Below are positions 1 to 12,608 of a stretch of 64,000 bases of DNA, one piece after another (position 1 is the first letter of the stretch; each line of letters begins with the position of its first letter). A model generated the notes under the pieces. That model was not told where the DNA came from, did no database searches, and saw only the letters and a list, made by a program, of their open reading frames with translations. This stretch comes from Macrostomum lignano (Eukaryota), in the NCBI GenBank assembly GCA_002269645.1, contig NIVC01000962.1, positions 186,001-250,000 on the forward strand, in the 5' to 3' direction. The translations under genes and the position numbers were made by a program.

Positions 1-3000
1 AGCATTGAATATCAAGTGAATTGAGTATCAAGCATTGAGTATCAAGCATTGAGTATCAAGCATTGAGTATCAAGCATTGAGTATCAAGCACTGAGTATCA
101 AGCACTGTGTATCAAGCATTGAATATCAAGTGAATTGAGTATCAAGCACTGAGTATCAAGAATTGAGTATCAAGCATTGAATATCAAGTGAATTGAGTAT
201 CAAGCATTGAATATCAAGTGAATTGAGTATCAAGCACTGAGTATCAAGAATTGAGTATCAAGCATTGAATATCAAGTGAATTGAGTATCAAGCATTGAAT
301 ATCAAGTGAATTGAGTATCAAGCATTGAATATCAAGTGAATTGAGTATCAAGCATTGAATATCAAGTGAATTGAGTATCAAGCATTGAGTATCAAGCACT
401 GAGTATCAAGCATTGAGTATCAAGCACTGAGTATCAAGAATTGAGTATCAAGCATTAAATATCAAGTGAATTGAGTATCAAGCATTGAGTATCAAGCATT
501 GAGTATCAAGCATTGAATATCAAGCATTGAATATCAAGCATTGAGTATCAAGCATTGAATATCAAGTGAATTGAGTATCAAGCATTGAATATCAAGCATT
601 GAGTATCAAGCATTGAGTATCAAGCATTGAGTATCAAGCATTGAGTATCAAGCATTGAGTATCAAGCATTGAATATCAAGTGAATTGAATATCAAGCATT
701 GAGTATCAAGCATTGAGTATCAAGCACTGAGTATCAAGCACTGAGTATCAAGCACTGAGTATCAAGCACTGAGTATCAAGCATTGAATATCAAGTGAATT
801 GAGTATCAAGCACTGAGTATCAAGAATTGAGTATCAAGCATTGAATATCAAGTGAATTGAGTATCAAGCATTGAATATCAAGTGAATTGAGTATCAAGCA
901 TTGAATATCAAGTGAATTGAGTATCAAGCATTGAATATCAAGTGAATTGAGTATCAAGCATTGAGTATCAAGCACTGAGTATCAAGCATTGAGTATCAAG
1001 CACTGAGTATCAAGAATTGAGTATCAAGCATTGAATATCAAGTGAATTGAGTATCAAGCATTGAGTATCAAGCATTGAGTATCAAGCATTGAATATCAAG
1101 CATTGAATATCAAGCATTGAGTATCAAGCATTGAATATCAAGTGAATTGAGTATCAAGCATTGAATATCAAGCATTGAGTATCAAGCATTGAGTATCAAG
1201 CATTGAGTATCAAGCATTGAGTATCAAGCATTGAATATCAAGCATTGAATATCAAGCATTGAGTATCAAGCATTGAGTATCAAGCATTGAATATCAAGTG
1301 AATTGAGTATCAAGCATTGAATATCAAGCATTGAATATCAAGCACTGAGTATCAGGCACTGAGTATCAAGAATTGAGTATCAAGAATTGAGTATCAAGCA
1401 TTGAATATCAAGTGAATTGAGTATCAAGCATTGAATATCAAGTGAATTGAGTATCAAGCACTGAGTATCAAGAATTGAGTATCAAGCATTGAATATCAAG
1501 TGAATTGAGTATCAAGCATTGAATATCAAGTGAATTGAGTATCAAGCACTGAGTATCAAGAATTGAGTATCAAGCATTGAATATCAAGTGAATTGAGTAT
1601 CAAGCATTGAATATCAAGTGAATTGAGTATCAAGAATTGAATATCAAGTGAATTGAGTATCAAGCATTGAATATCAAGCATTGAGTATCAAGCATTGAAT
1701 ATCAAGCATTGAGTATCAAGCATTGAGTATCAAGCATTGAATATCAAGCATTGAATATCAAGCATTGAGTATCAAGCATTGAGTATCAAGCATTGAATAT
1801 CAAGTGAATTGAGTATCAAGCATTGAATATCAAGCATTGAGTATCAAGCATTGAGTATCAAGCATTGAGTATCAAGCATTGAGTATCAAGCATTGAATAT
1901 CAAGTGAATTGAGTATCAAGCATTGAATATCAAGCATTGAGTATCAAGCATTGAGTATCAAGCATTGAGTATCAAGCATTGAGTATCAAGCATTGAATAT
2001 CAAGTGAATTGAGTATCAAGCATTGAATATCAAGTGAATTGAGTATCAAGCATTGAGTATCAAGCATTGAGTATCAAGCATTGAGTATCAAGCATTGAGT
2101 ATCAAGCATTGAGTATCAAGCATTGAGTATCAAGCATTGAATATCAAGTGAATTGAATATCAAGCATTGAGTATCAAGCATTGAGTATCAAGCATTGAGT
2201 ATCAAGCATTGAGTATCAAGCATTGAGTATCAAGCACTGAGTATCAAGCACTGTGTATCAAGCATTGAATATCAAGTGAATTGATTATCAAGCACTGAGT
2301 ATCAAGAATTGAGTATCAAGCATTGAATATCAAGTGAATTGAGTATCAAGCATTGAATATCAAGTGAATTGAGTATCAAGCATTGAATATCAAGTGAATT
2401 GAGTATCAAGCATTGAATATCAAGTGAATTGAGTATCAAGCATTGAGTATCAAGCACTGAGTATCAAGCATTGAGTATCAAGCACTGAGTATCAAGAATT
2501 GAGTATCAAGCATTGAATATCAAGTGAATTGAGTATCAAGCATTGAGTATCAAGCATTGAGTATCAAGCATTGAATATCAAGCATTGAATATCAAGCATT
2601 GAGTATCAAGCATTGAATATCAAGTGAATTGAGTATCAAGCATTGAATATCAAGCATTGAGTATCAAGCATTGAGTATCAAGCATTGAGTATCAAGCATT
2701 GAGTATCAAGCATTGAATATCAAGCATTGAATATCAAGCATTGAGTATCAAGCATTGAGTATCAAGCATTGAATATCAAGTGAATTGAGTATCAAGCATT
2801 GAATATCAAGCATTGGATATCAAGCACTGAGTATCAAGCACTGAGTATCAAGAATTGAGTATCAAGAATTGAGTATCAAGCATTGAATATCAAGTGAATT
2901 GAGTATCAAGCATTGAATATCAAGTGAATTGAGTATCAAGCATTGAATATCAAGTGAATTGAGTATCAAGCATTGAATATCAAGTGAATTGAGTATCAAG

Positions 3001-3985
3001 CATTGAATATCAAGTGAATTGAATATCAAGCATTGAGTATCAAGCCCTGAGTATCAAGCATTGAGTATCAAGCACTGAGTATCAAGAATTGAGTATCAAG
3101 CATTGAATATCAAGTGAATTGAGTATCAAGCATTGAGTATCAAGCATTGAGTATCAAGCATTGAATATCAAGCATAGAATATCAAGCATTGAGTATCAAG
3201 CATTGAATATCAAGTGAATTGAGTATCAGGCATTGAATATCAAGCATTGAGTATCAAGCATTGAGTATCAAGCATTGAGTATCAAGCATTGAGTATCAAG
3301 CATTGAATATCAAGCATTGAATATCAAGCATTGAGTATCAAGCATTGAGTATCAAGCATTGAATATCAAGTGAATTGAGTATCAAGCATTGAATATCAAG
3401 TGAATTGAGTATCAAGCATTGAGTATCAAGTGAATTGAGTATCAAGCATTGAGTATCAAGTGAATTGAGTATCAAGCATTGAGTATCAAGTGAATTGAGT
3501 ATCAAGCATTGAATATCAAGTGAATTGAGTATCAAGCATTGAATATCAAGTGAATTGAGTATCAAGCATTGAATATCAAGTGAATTGAGTATCAAGCATT
3601 GAGTATCAAGTGAATTGAGTATCAAGCATTGAGTATCAAGTGAATTGAGTATCAAGCATTGAGTATCAAGTGAATTGAGTATCAAGCATTGAATATCAAG
3701 TGAATTGAGTATCAAGCATTGAATATCAAGTGAATTGAGTATCAAGCATTGAGTATCAAGTGAATTGAGTATCAAGCATTGAGTATCAAGTGAATTGAGT
3801 ATCAAGCATTGAGTATCAAGTGAATTGAGTATCAAGCATTGAATATCAAGTGAATTGAGTATCAAGCATTGAATATCAAGTGAATTGAGTATCAAGCATT
3901 GAGTATCAAGTGAATTGAGTATCAAGCATTGAGTATCAAGTGAATTGAGTATCAAGCATTGAGTATCAAGTGAATTGAGTATCAA
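1..3985. repeat. Satellite of 14-bp (AGCATTGARTATCA) and 16-bp (AGTGAATTGAGTATCA) monomers; regular 30-bp dimer from about 3340
   Basis: Directly visible tandem array; the 30-bp dimer gives the ILNSLDTQCL pseudo-ORF; the array ends about 45 nt before a 3' splice site at 4031-4032. Confidence 0.97.
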
Positions 3986-4032
3986 TAATTTAAAAAGTTA
4001 CCAACGCTTCACTGTCACAATTTCCATTCCAG

Positions 4033-4116
4033 CTGACTTTCAAGAGGCGATTCGAAACCAGGAGATGCGGCTCAACTCGCTGCTACAGGACCTCACTAAC
4101 GAGAGACAAAGACGAG
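4033..4116 (+). CDS. dac: Internal exon of probable dachshund homolog (C-terminal coiled-coil DD2 region)
   Basis: Acceptor TTCCATTCCAG, donor GAG|GTGAGT; encodes DFQEAIRNQEMRLNSLLQDLTNERQRR; phase 1 at both ends. Confidence 0.6.
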
Positions 4117-4188
4117 GTGAGTTCAAGGATATGGAAAAAAAAGAATATTCTGGAAATAAATTAAGTTTAACCTGCTCACCCGCTTCAG

Positions 4189-4314
4189 TCATTGTCTACA
4201 AGAAGTGGCGCAAAGAGAAGAAAATTCGAGCAAAACTCGAAGAGCTCGTCAGCAGAGTTGGCGCCCCCGCAGATGGCGCTGAAGACCGAACTGGCTCGGG
4301 TGACGTGCCGCAGG
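4189..4314 (+). CDS. dac: Internal exon of probable dachshund homolog
   Basis: Acceptor CGCTTCAG, donor CAGG|GTGAGC. The spliced junction reads LTNERQRRVIVYKKWRKEKKIRAKLEELV, which aligns with the DACH DD2 segment recalled as LAMEQKNRAIVQKRLKKEKKAKRKLQEAL (about 13/29 identities). Confidence 0.65.
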
Positions 4315-4324
4315 GTGAGCAGCC

Positions 4325-4772
4325 TCACCGTCACCAATCACACCGTCACCAATCACACCGTCACCAATCACACCGTCACCAATCACACCGTCACCAATCA
4401 CACCGTCACCAATCACACCGTCACCAATCCCACCGTCACCAATCCCACCGTCACCAATCACACCGTCACCAATCACACCGTCACCAATCACACCGTCACC
4501 AATCACACCGTCACCAATCATACCGTCACCAATCACACCGTCACCAATCACACCGTCACCAATCACACCGTCACCAATCACACCGTCACCAATCATACCG
4601 TCACCAATCACACCGTCACCAATCACACCGTCATCAATCACACCGTCACCAACTACACCGTCACCAATCACACCGTCACCAATCACAGCGTCACCAATCA
4701 CACCGTCACCAATCACACCGTCACCAATCACACCGTCATCAATCACACCGTCACCAATCACAGCGTCACCAA
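4325..4772. repeat. 15-bp minisatellite (CACCGTCACCAATCA)n filling an intron
   Basis: About 30 copies between donor 4315 and acceptor 4785-4786. Confidence 0.95.
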
Positions 4773-4786
4773 TCCTGTCATTGCAG

Positions 4787-4842
4787 ATCTGTCAGTGGCC
4801 AAAGGTGCAGTATGCAGCCCAGTGAACGGCAGCGACGCCTGA
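4787..4842 (+). CDS. dac: Terminal coding exon of probable dachshund homolog
   Basis: Acceptor GTCATTGCAG; phase 1 matches the previous exon; reads [18 protein letters not shown] then TGA. Confidence 0.55.
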
Positions 4843-5402
4843 TGGTTGACTTTGCGTGAATCGCGTGAATCGCGTGAACATTTCTAAGAAATCTTCTGAT
4901 GCAAACTGATATGACAGGATTGCTACTTTAGCATGTTTTCTGATCGATATATCTCAAACTTTATTAAAATTTACAACTTATAAATTGCCCATAAATTTCT
5001 GTTGTCAAAGTTGTGCTGCTCCAAAAATATGAGTAAGTCTTTGTTACCCAAGTCTTGGAGTTTAGCCATGAACGAGTTTAAACAAAAATTCACAAGCAAC
5101 TTGATAGAAATTTTCTTTTAGGATGAAGCACCATTTCAAATATTTATTACTTGATTTTTCAACCTTGTCTTATGCAATTTTTGTCTTTTTTACACACCAA
5201 TATTCTTTAATCACGCAGCTTTGTTGTCAAAACAGTTTGCATATCACTGATTAATTTCCTTAATCTATATTGCTTAATCTGACTGACTTTTGTGAGCAAT
5301 TTCTGTGTACATAACGGATTGAAGAATAATGATGGCGAATATCACGAGTCAAGTATGAGTTTTGTTTTGAGACATTTCAATTATTGAGTAAGATCTGGGT
5401 GA

Positions 5403-5652
5403 GCGAGAGGAGGGGTGAGGGTGGAGGGCTGAGAGAGGAGGGGTGAGAGAGGAGGGGTGAGAGAGGAGGGGTGAGAGAGGAGGGCTGAGAGAGGAGGGGT
5501 GAGAGAGGAGGGCTGAGAGAGGAGGGGTGAGAGAGGAGGGGTGAGAGAGGAGGGGTGAGAGAGGAGGGGTGAGAGAGGAGGGGTGAGAGAGGAGGGGTGA
5601 GAGAGGAGGGCTGAGAGAGGAGGGGTGAGAGGGGAGGGGTGAGAGAGGAGGG
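5403..5652. repeat. GA-rich 15-bp repeat (GAGAGAGGAGGGGTG)n
   Basis: Visible tandem array. Confidence 0.9.
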
Positions 5653-5734
5653 GTGGCGTTTGGGTTGAGAGGGTAGGGTGAGAGTGTAGTGAGACTGTGG
5701 AGATTAGATGATCAGAGTGGAACATTCAGACTAA

Positions 5735-5925
5735 TTAAAAAGTGATTGCGGGCAAACCTACCAAATCATGGGGCTGACAAATTAAAAAAGTGATTGCGGG
5801 CAAAACTACCAAATCATGGGGCTGACAAATTAAAAAAGTGATTGCGGGCAAAACTACCAAATCATGGGGCTGACAAATTAAAAAAGTGATTGCGGGCAAA
5901 ACTACCAAATCATGGGGCTGACAGG
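5735..5925. repeat. 48-bp tandem repeat, about 4 copies
   Basis: AAAAAGTGATTGCGGGCAAAACTACCAAATCATGGGGCTGACAAATT-type unit with no spacers between copies. Confidence 0.9.
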
Positions 5926-6721
5926 GTAACCGGTGCGAGAATTGCCTGCGCTCTGCAATGCTTGCAGAAGACAGCTCCAGCAAGCGCAGGCCAGAAGCAT
6001 GGCTCACGGGAATAAATTCTACAAATTCTACAAAAGCAAACTTCTAACTGCTTTCTATTTCCGGTCGTGATCGCAGATAATGAAGTTTAGCAGGCTGGTG
6101 GGTGAGCCCAGTTGCGGTATCTGCTTCCCTCTCTAGGGGACTGCTCAGGTTTCATGGCATGAGTGCTCCTGTCAGTCGTGTAGCCGCATAAAAATGATAG
6201 GCAAAATTACACATATTTAATTGCCTTAATACCGCGCGCAGCCATTGTACTCGTAGGTAACGAGCCCGCTCGCTAACAATTCCGGAAGTTTTCTAGAAAT
6301 GATCCTCCGAGGGCTTCCGTGAGGCCTGCATTTTATTGCAGTGAGAGAATAAGATTTTATTGCACAGCAGGGGGTGTCCATCCAATTTTCAATTGTTCCT
6401 GGAGCCTGTCAAAGACCTTTCTGATAAAAACTCGGTTCAGCTGTCCTTGATGTGGGGGACGGCGGTTTATCTAAGGATTAATAGAAGGCAATAAAGCGGG
6501 TGACTGGCACAAAAAACAGGATTGAATAGCCTCAGACATCCCGCCATTTTCACAATTACCCAATAATCCCCAAGCCAGGGACAGCTGGAGCATAGATCTG
6601 GAAGCAGTCAGAGAACTCCGCAGGATAGTGAGAATGCTTCGATTGACTTCAAATGAAACTACGAAACTTTATTTAATAGCTATTTCATCTGCGAGTTTCT
6701 GTCAACTATCGTGAATATGAT

Positions 6722-7102
6722 CAGAGGCGTCGACATGGATTTATGTTTGGGCGGACAAAGCCAAGAATTCATGTACATGTACATGTACTAAATGACTAAA
6801 TTCCTACATGTACATTATTTTTAGTATCGATATCGTCAGCACTCATTTTGGCGCCGCTGGCCCTCATATTGGCGCCGCTGGCCCTCATTTTGGCGCCGCT
6901 GGCCCTCATTTTGGCGCCGCTGGCCCTCATTTTGGCGCCGCTGGCCCTCATTTTGGCGCCGCAGGACCTCATTTTGGCGCCGCTGGCGCTATGTTTTGTC
7001 GCCCTGAAGCAAAATTGTTGATTTCCACAATGGGTCACAAGGTGGGGTGGGGGGACAAAGCATTGGTATGTCCCCCCGTCGCCCCCGGTGGCAACGCCCC
7101 TG
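6722..7102. mobile_element. hAT-type MITE with internal 21-bp repeats
   Basis: TIRs CAGAGGCGTCG / reverse complement CAGGGGCGTTG; 8-bp flanking duplication AATATGAT / AATATGCT; internal (TTGGCGCCGCTGGCCCTCATT)n at about 6845-6985. Confidence 0.8.
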
Positions 7103-8189
7103 AATATGCTGATTGGTAAAAGTTATCCCATAACGCGATGGAGTTGCCGGTCCAGACTCTTCTGTCTTCTAATCTCCATGGTCCAGCTCAGAGTCTTTCA
7201 CCCTTCATCACGCAGTTAGCAGATCTGCGGCTTGAATTCCCAGTCAGATCTGGGAGTTATGGGAGGGGGGCTCTCAGTTCGTTAATAAGCGGTGAGGTTT
7301 ATGGCCGCTGACGCGAGCCGCTGTCCCACCCACAGAGGCACAATAAATCCCTTCATTTTCTCTTGGCCCTCCCGTCGACTTTCTTTAATGAACGGAGAGC
7401 TGGGGAGCGGAGAGGATCTTAGCTGTCTCAAAAAAGTCATCGCTAAAGTAGCAATTCAGATGACTTTGAGCTGTACTCAAAACTGAATCTATATACATGC
7501 ACACACACATATATAAATATTCCCACCTTGGGAAGAATTTTCACAACAAAGAAATAACGCGCTCTGTATATAAGAATCCCATTTCCTGTTGCCCGCAGGT
7601 TCTCTCCCAGCTTCTCAAGCCTCAAACAGGAAGTGACCACCTGAAATCCCTCAGCAGGGAGCTGGGATTGGCCATTCCTGACCTCTCTTTTAAGTTATTT
7701 TCCTATTAAAACTGGCCATTGTGAATGGCAGCACAGAATCAGTTTACAATTCAAGGAAGGCATCAGTCTGAACCGCGCGAGCCTGGTGATATATTTGACA
7801 GTCAAACAATTGGCCATTTCTTTTGCCCGAGTGTTTCCTGCGCGCCATCCAGCAGCTACCAGTGCAAGTTCGTGAAATATTCAAATTGTGTGCGCAAACA
7901 CGCCGGGCCTCCCAGCCAAGCAGCGGTCAGTCCCGGCTTGGAGAAATATTGAGCTGGGGATAAGGGAAACTCACAGGGCCGGCCCTCCCTGTTAAACTGT
8001 TGTGACAGAACCGAGTTTGTTCTGCGGGTTGGCCAAGCAACTTTCAATTTCTTTTTACAGTTTTTTCTTGGGATTTGATTCCACCGTGTGTGAGTGCTGG
8101 TGTTCCCGCTTCCCCGTGCTACCAGCCATCCAGACAATGAATGGAACAGGTTTCAGTCCTCTGCATGCAGTTCTCCCTACCTTAGAACA

Positions 8190-8560
8190 CTGTCTACTCT
8201 CCAGCCTACTTCCTTGTCTACTTCACTGTCTACTCCCCAGTCTACTTCTCTGTCTACTTCCCTGTCTACTCCCCAGTCTACTGTTCTGTCTACTTCCCTG
8301 TCTACTCCCCAATCTACTTCTCTGTCTACTTCCCTATCTACTGTTCTGTCTACTTCCCCGTCTACTTCCCAGTCTACGTCCTTCTCTACTTCCCTGTCTA
8401 CTCCCCAATCTACTTCCCTGTATACTGCTATGTCTACTTCCTAGTCTACTTTTCAGTCTACTTGCTAATCTACTTATATGGATATCTACTCTACCTTACT
8501 GTCTACTCCACAGCCTACCCCACTGTCTCTCTACCCTACTATCTACTTTCCTCTCAACTT
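8190..8560. repeat. Degenerate CT-rich 12/24-bp repeat (CTACTTCCCTGT/CTACTCCCCAGT)
   Basis: Visible array; source of the Leu/Ser-rich pseudo-ORFs. Confidence 0.85.
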
Positions 8561-10329
8561 CCCTGCCAACTCCACTATCACAGACACGTTTAACCCATAC
8601 AGAACTGCTCAGCCCGAGTCAGCCGACAGCTTAATTAATAATTTCGTTGAAAGTGAGAAAGAGTCTTGCAGCAATGAATTTATCCAACTCACTTCGCACT
8701 CAATATTCCCAAATGTTTGCTCATTCTCCTTCTTTCCGCAGTTTTTTGCCGCCGCCCCCAGACTCTCAGCGCCATCTACTCAACTTGAGAAGGCAGGTGA
8801 TAAAAAACACTATAAGAGGGACAGAGCCAGGCAATGCGACAAGCGGCTGGGAGAATCGATGTGCCCAGTCTGTTGACATTTCGCCTTTAATATTGACTCA
8901 AAACGCAAGCAAATTTCGTTAGATGACAAACTTAAAGAAAGACAGAAAGAAAGAAAGTGGAAAGTTTTTCTGCAAGGGAAATTTGGCGTGAGATGATGAC
9001 AAATAAGCTCATAGCCAGCGGCTTTTTGTATGTATGCTTTTCATTCAATGAAACTTTAAATAAAAAGAGACTGCAATTTTCTTAGCTGCACTACTGCTGT
9101 CAGTAGACTAATCAGCCCAAGCACTATTATTTGTAAATAATCTTTGCACTCTTTGAAAGGAGTTTTCCAGAAAAAAAATGTTCAAACAAGTTTAAAGCAG
9201 AGCTACAGGCCAATCGTGTGACAATTGGGCACTGTTTTGAACGGATTCTACAGTGCATCTGAGTATATTAATAAAAGTACATTTTCAAGAGCACGCTCCC
9301 TCCCACTTCTCTGCTGCCGCTGCTTGGAGAATCACAGGCCAAATTGCTTTCGCAAGCAAGCCAACAATTAACCAATAAAGAAATATAGAATTTCATTTAT
9401 TACTTGCCGGGTCAGTAAAAATGGCGAGAACAAAATTGCATAGAATGAAATGTTAAACTGCTAGATACTACAGAAAACGTTTGCATTACGTTGGCACTAC
9501 GTTGGCAAGGCTTCATCAGAGGCTGGGGCTAAAGGGGGAGGGTTGAAGATTCCTCTGATGCACAGCCCTGCCCTCTGGGTGAGACCTGCGTGAGCCACTG
9601 ACCTGCCTGCCCGCTGCTATTGGCGATGAAGGAGAGAGGCTGGGCGAAGAGGTAGGGGGGTACGTGGGTCATATGCAGCTCTATAGAGAAAGAAAATGAA
9701 AGAACTTGAAAGGAGAATTGGAGTCTTGCGGTGGACTTGAACTTTAAAAGCATTTGGTGTGCTACCAGCAGTAGCATCGTTATTAAACAGTTTCAAGCAG
9801 TCCCGCGCACTTCACTGGTGGCTGCGAACTGCACTAAAGAGATGCCAGCCAGCAGCTGAAATATTTCTCCGAATCTCTGCTTGCTTCCGGGTCTCCGGTA
9901 GCATTTTGAGAAAAATTGCTTAAAAACTTCACTATTAATCTCATTCCAGTGTAGCCTTCTTCTGCTTTACTGGTCCATGAATCCGTTTCTTCACTTGTGT
10001 TATCGCGATCCAGTCCAGATTTTTTCCTCTAACTCTCTCTCACTCCCTCCTCCTCTCTCCCTCTCTCTCTCACCCTCTCTCTACCCTCTCTCCACCCTCT
10101 CTCCCCCCTATCTCTTCCCCCCCTCTCTCAACCTATCCATATTTGAGCCCCCCTCGGTTGAGGCCAAACTGCAGTGAACGCGCCTGACTACCCGGTGCAT
10201 CCATGCATTGCATGCACTATGAAGCGAATCTATCTATAAATTGTTTGACAAATTACAAACCACATAAAGTAAAAAATAGCGACAGACAGAAACTGAGAGC
10301 GAACGATCTCAAAGATTAAAAACGAAAAA

Positions 10330-11780
10330 GTGAGAGATTGAAAGACAGTGAGAGATAGAAAGAGAGACAGTGGGAGATAGAAGGAGAGACAGTGAGATAA
10401 AGAAAGAGAGACAGTGAGAGATAGAAGGAGAGACAGTGAGAGATAGAAAGAGAGACAGTGAGATAAAGAAAGAGAGACAGTGAGAGATAGAAGGAGAGAC
10501 AGTGAGATATAGAAGGAGAGACAGTGAGAGATAGAAAGAGAGACAGTGAGATAAAGAAAGAGAGACAGTGAGAGATAGAAGGAGAGACAGTGAGAGATAG
10601 AAAGAGAGACAGTGAGATAAAGAAAGAGAGACAGTGAGAGATAGAAGGAGAGACAGTGAGATATAGAAGGAGAGACAGTGAGAGATAAAAGGAGAGACAA
10701 TGAGAGATAGAAAGAGAGACAGTGAGATATAGAAGGAGAGACAGTGAGAGATAGAAAGAGAGACAGTGAGATATAGAAAGAGAGACAGTGAGATATAGAA
10801 GGAGAGACAGTGACAGATAGAAGGAGAGACAGTGAGAGATAGAAAGAGAGACAGTGAGAGATAGAAGGAGAGACAGTGAGATATAGAAGGAGAGACAGTG
10901 AGAGATAGAAAGAGAGACAGTGAGAGATAGAAGGAGAGACAGTGAGAGATAAAAGGAGAGACAGTGAGAGATAGAAGGAGAGACAGTGAGAGATAGAAAG
11001 AGAGACAGTGAGATAAAGAAAGAGAGACAGTGAGAGATAGAAGGAGAGACAGTGAGAGATAGAAAGAGAGACAGTGAGATAAAGAAAGAGAGACAGTGAG
11101 AGATAGAAGGAGAGACAGTGAGAGATAGAAGGAGAGACAGTGAGAGATAGAAGGAGAGACAGTGAGAGATAGAAAGAGAGACAGTGAGATATAGAAGGAG
11201 AGACAGTGAGAGATAGAAAGAGAGACAGTGAGAGATAGAAGGAGAGACAGTGAGAATAGAAGAGAGACAGTGAGATAGAAAGAGAGACAGTGAGATATAG
11301 AAAGAGAGACAGTGAGAGATAGAAGGAGAGACAGTGAGATATAGAAGGAGAGACAGTGAGAGATAGAAGGAGAGACAGTGAGAGATAGAAGGAGAGACAG
11401 TGAGATATAGAAGGAGAGACAGTGAGATATAGAAAGAGAGACAGTGAGATATAGAAGGAGAGACAGTGAGAGATAGAAGGAGAGACAGTGAGAGATAGAA
11501 GGAGAGACAGTGAGATATAGAAGGAGAGACAGTGAGATATAGAAGGAGAGACAGTGAGATATAGAAGGAGAGACAGTGAGATATAGAAAGAGAGACAGTG
11601 AGATATAGAAGGAGAGACAGTGAGAGATAGAAGGAGAGACAGTGAGAGATAGAAGGAGAGACAGTGAGAGATAGAAGGAGAGACAGTGAGATATAGAAGG
11701 AGAGACAGTGAGATATAGAAGGAGAGACAGTGAGATATAGAAGGAGAGACAGTGAGATATAGAAAGAGAGACAGTGAGAG
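10330..11780. repeat. 22-bp GA-rich minisatellite (GAGAGACAGTGAGAGATAGAAG)n
   Basis: Period of 22 measured at 10921/10943. Confidence 0.95.
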
Positions 11781-12049
11781 ACATGGAGAGACGCCCCGCG
11801 TAGGTCCTACGAATACTACCCGAGTTTTGAACTTTTCAACCAAAGCTGCTCAGCACGAGCACGAGCGCTGCAAAGCCGCCACCCCACAATCTTAAATAAA
11901 CAGCTCAGTGCTTTGAGTATGGAGCAGCTTATAGCAAGATACACACTCATCACTGAAGTGGCGGGGGTGGTCCATCCAGTATGGTCACGCATGCATGCTA
12001 TGGCGCATTTTTGAGTCCTAAAGCTGGTGAATGTAAGTGTAGTTAACGG

Positions 12050-12608
12050 CTCATCTCATGAAACGGTCGTTCATAACAATTCTCATGAAACGGTCATTCA
12101 TAACTATAGTTCTCATGAGACGGTCATTCATAACAATCTCATGAAACGGTCATTCATACAAATTCTCATGAAACGGTCATTCATACAAATTCTCATGAAA
12201 CGGTCATTCATACAAATTCTCATGAAACGGTCATTCATACAAATTCTCATGAAACGGTCATTCATACAAATTCTCATGAAACGGTCATTCATACAAATTC
12301 TCATGAAACGGTCATTCATACAAATTCTCATGAAACGGTCATTCATACAAATTCTCATGAAACGGTCATTCATACAAATTCTCATGAAACGGTCATTCAT
12401 ACAAATTCTCATGAAACGGTCATTCATACAAATTCTCATGAAACGGTCATTCATACAAATTCTCATGAAACGGTCATTCATACAAATTCTCATGAAACGG
12501 TCATTCATACAAATTCTCATGAAACGGTCATTCATACAAATTCTCATGAAACGGTCATTCATACAAATTCTCATGAAACGGTCATTCATACAAATTCTCA
12601 TGAAACGG
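12050..12608. repeat. 27-bp minisatellite (CTCATGAAACGGTCATTCATACAAATT)n
   Basis: Near-identical copies from about 12137, with diverged copies at the 5' edge. Confidence 0.95.

Noticed and set aside
5735-5925. 48-bp repeats (and the 49-bp array at 51520-52650) as CRISPR arrays
   Set aside because: No unique spacers, no cas genes, and a eukaryotic context
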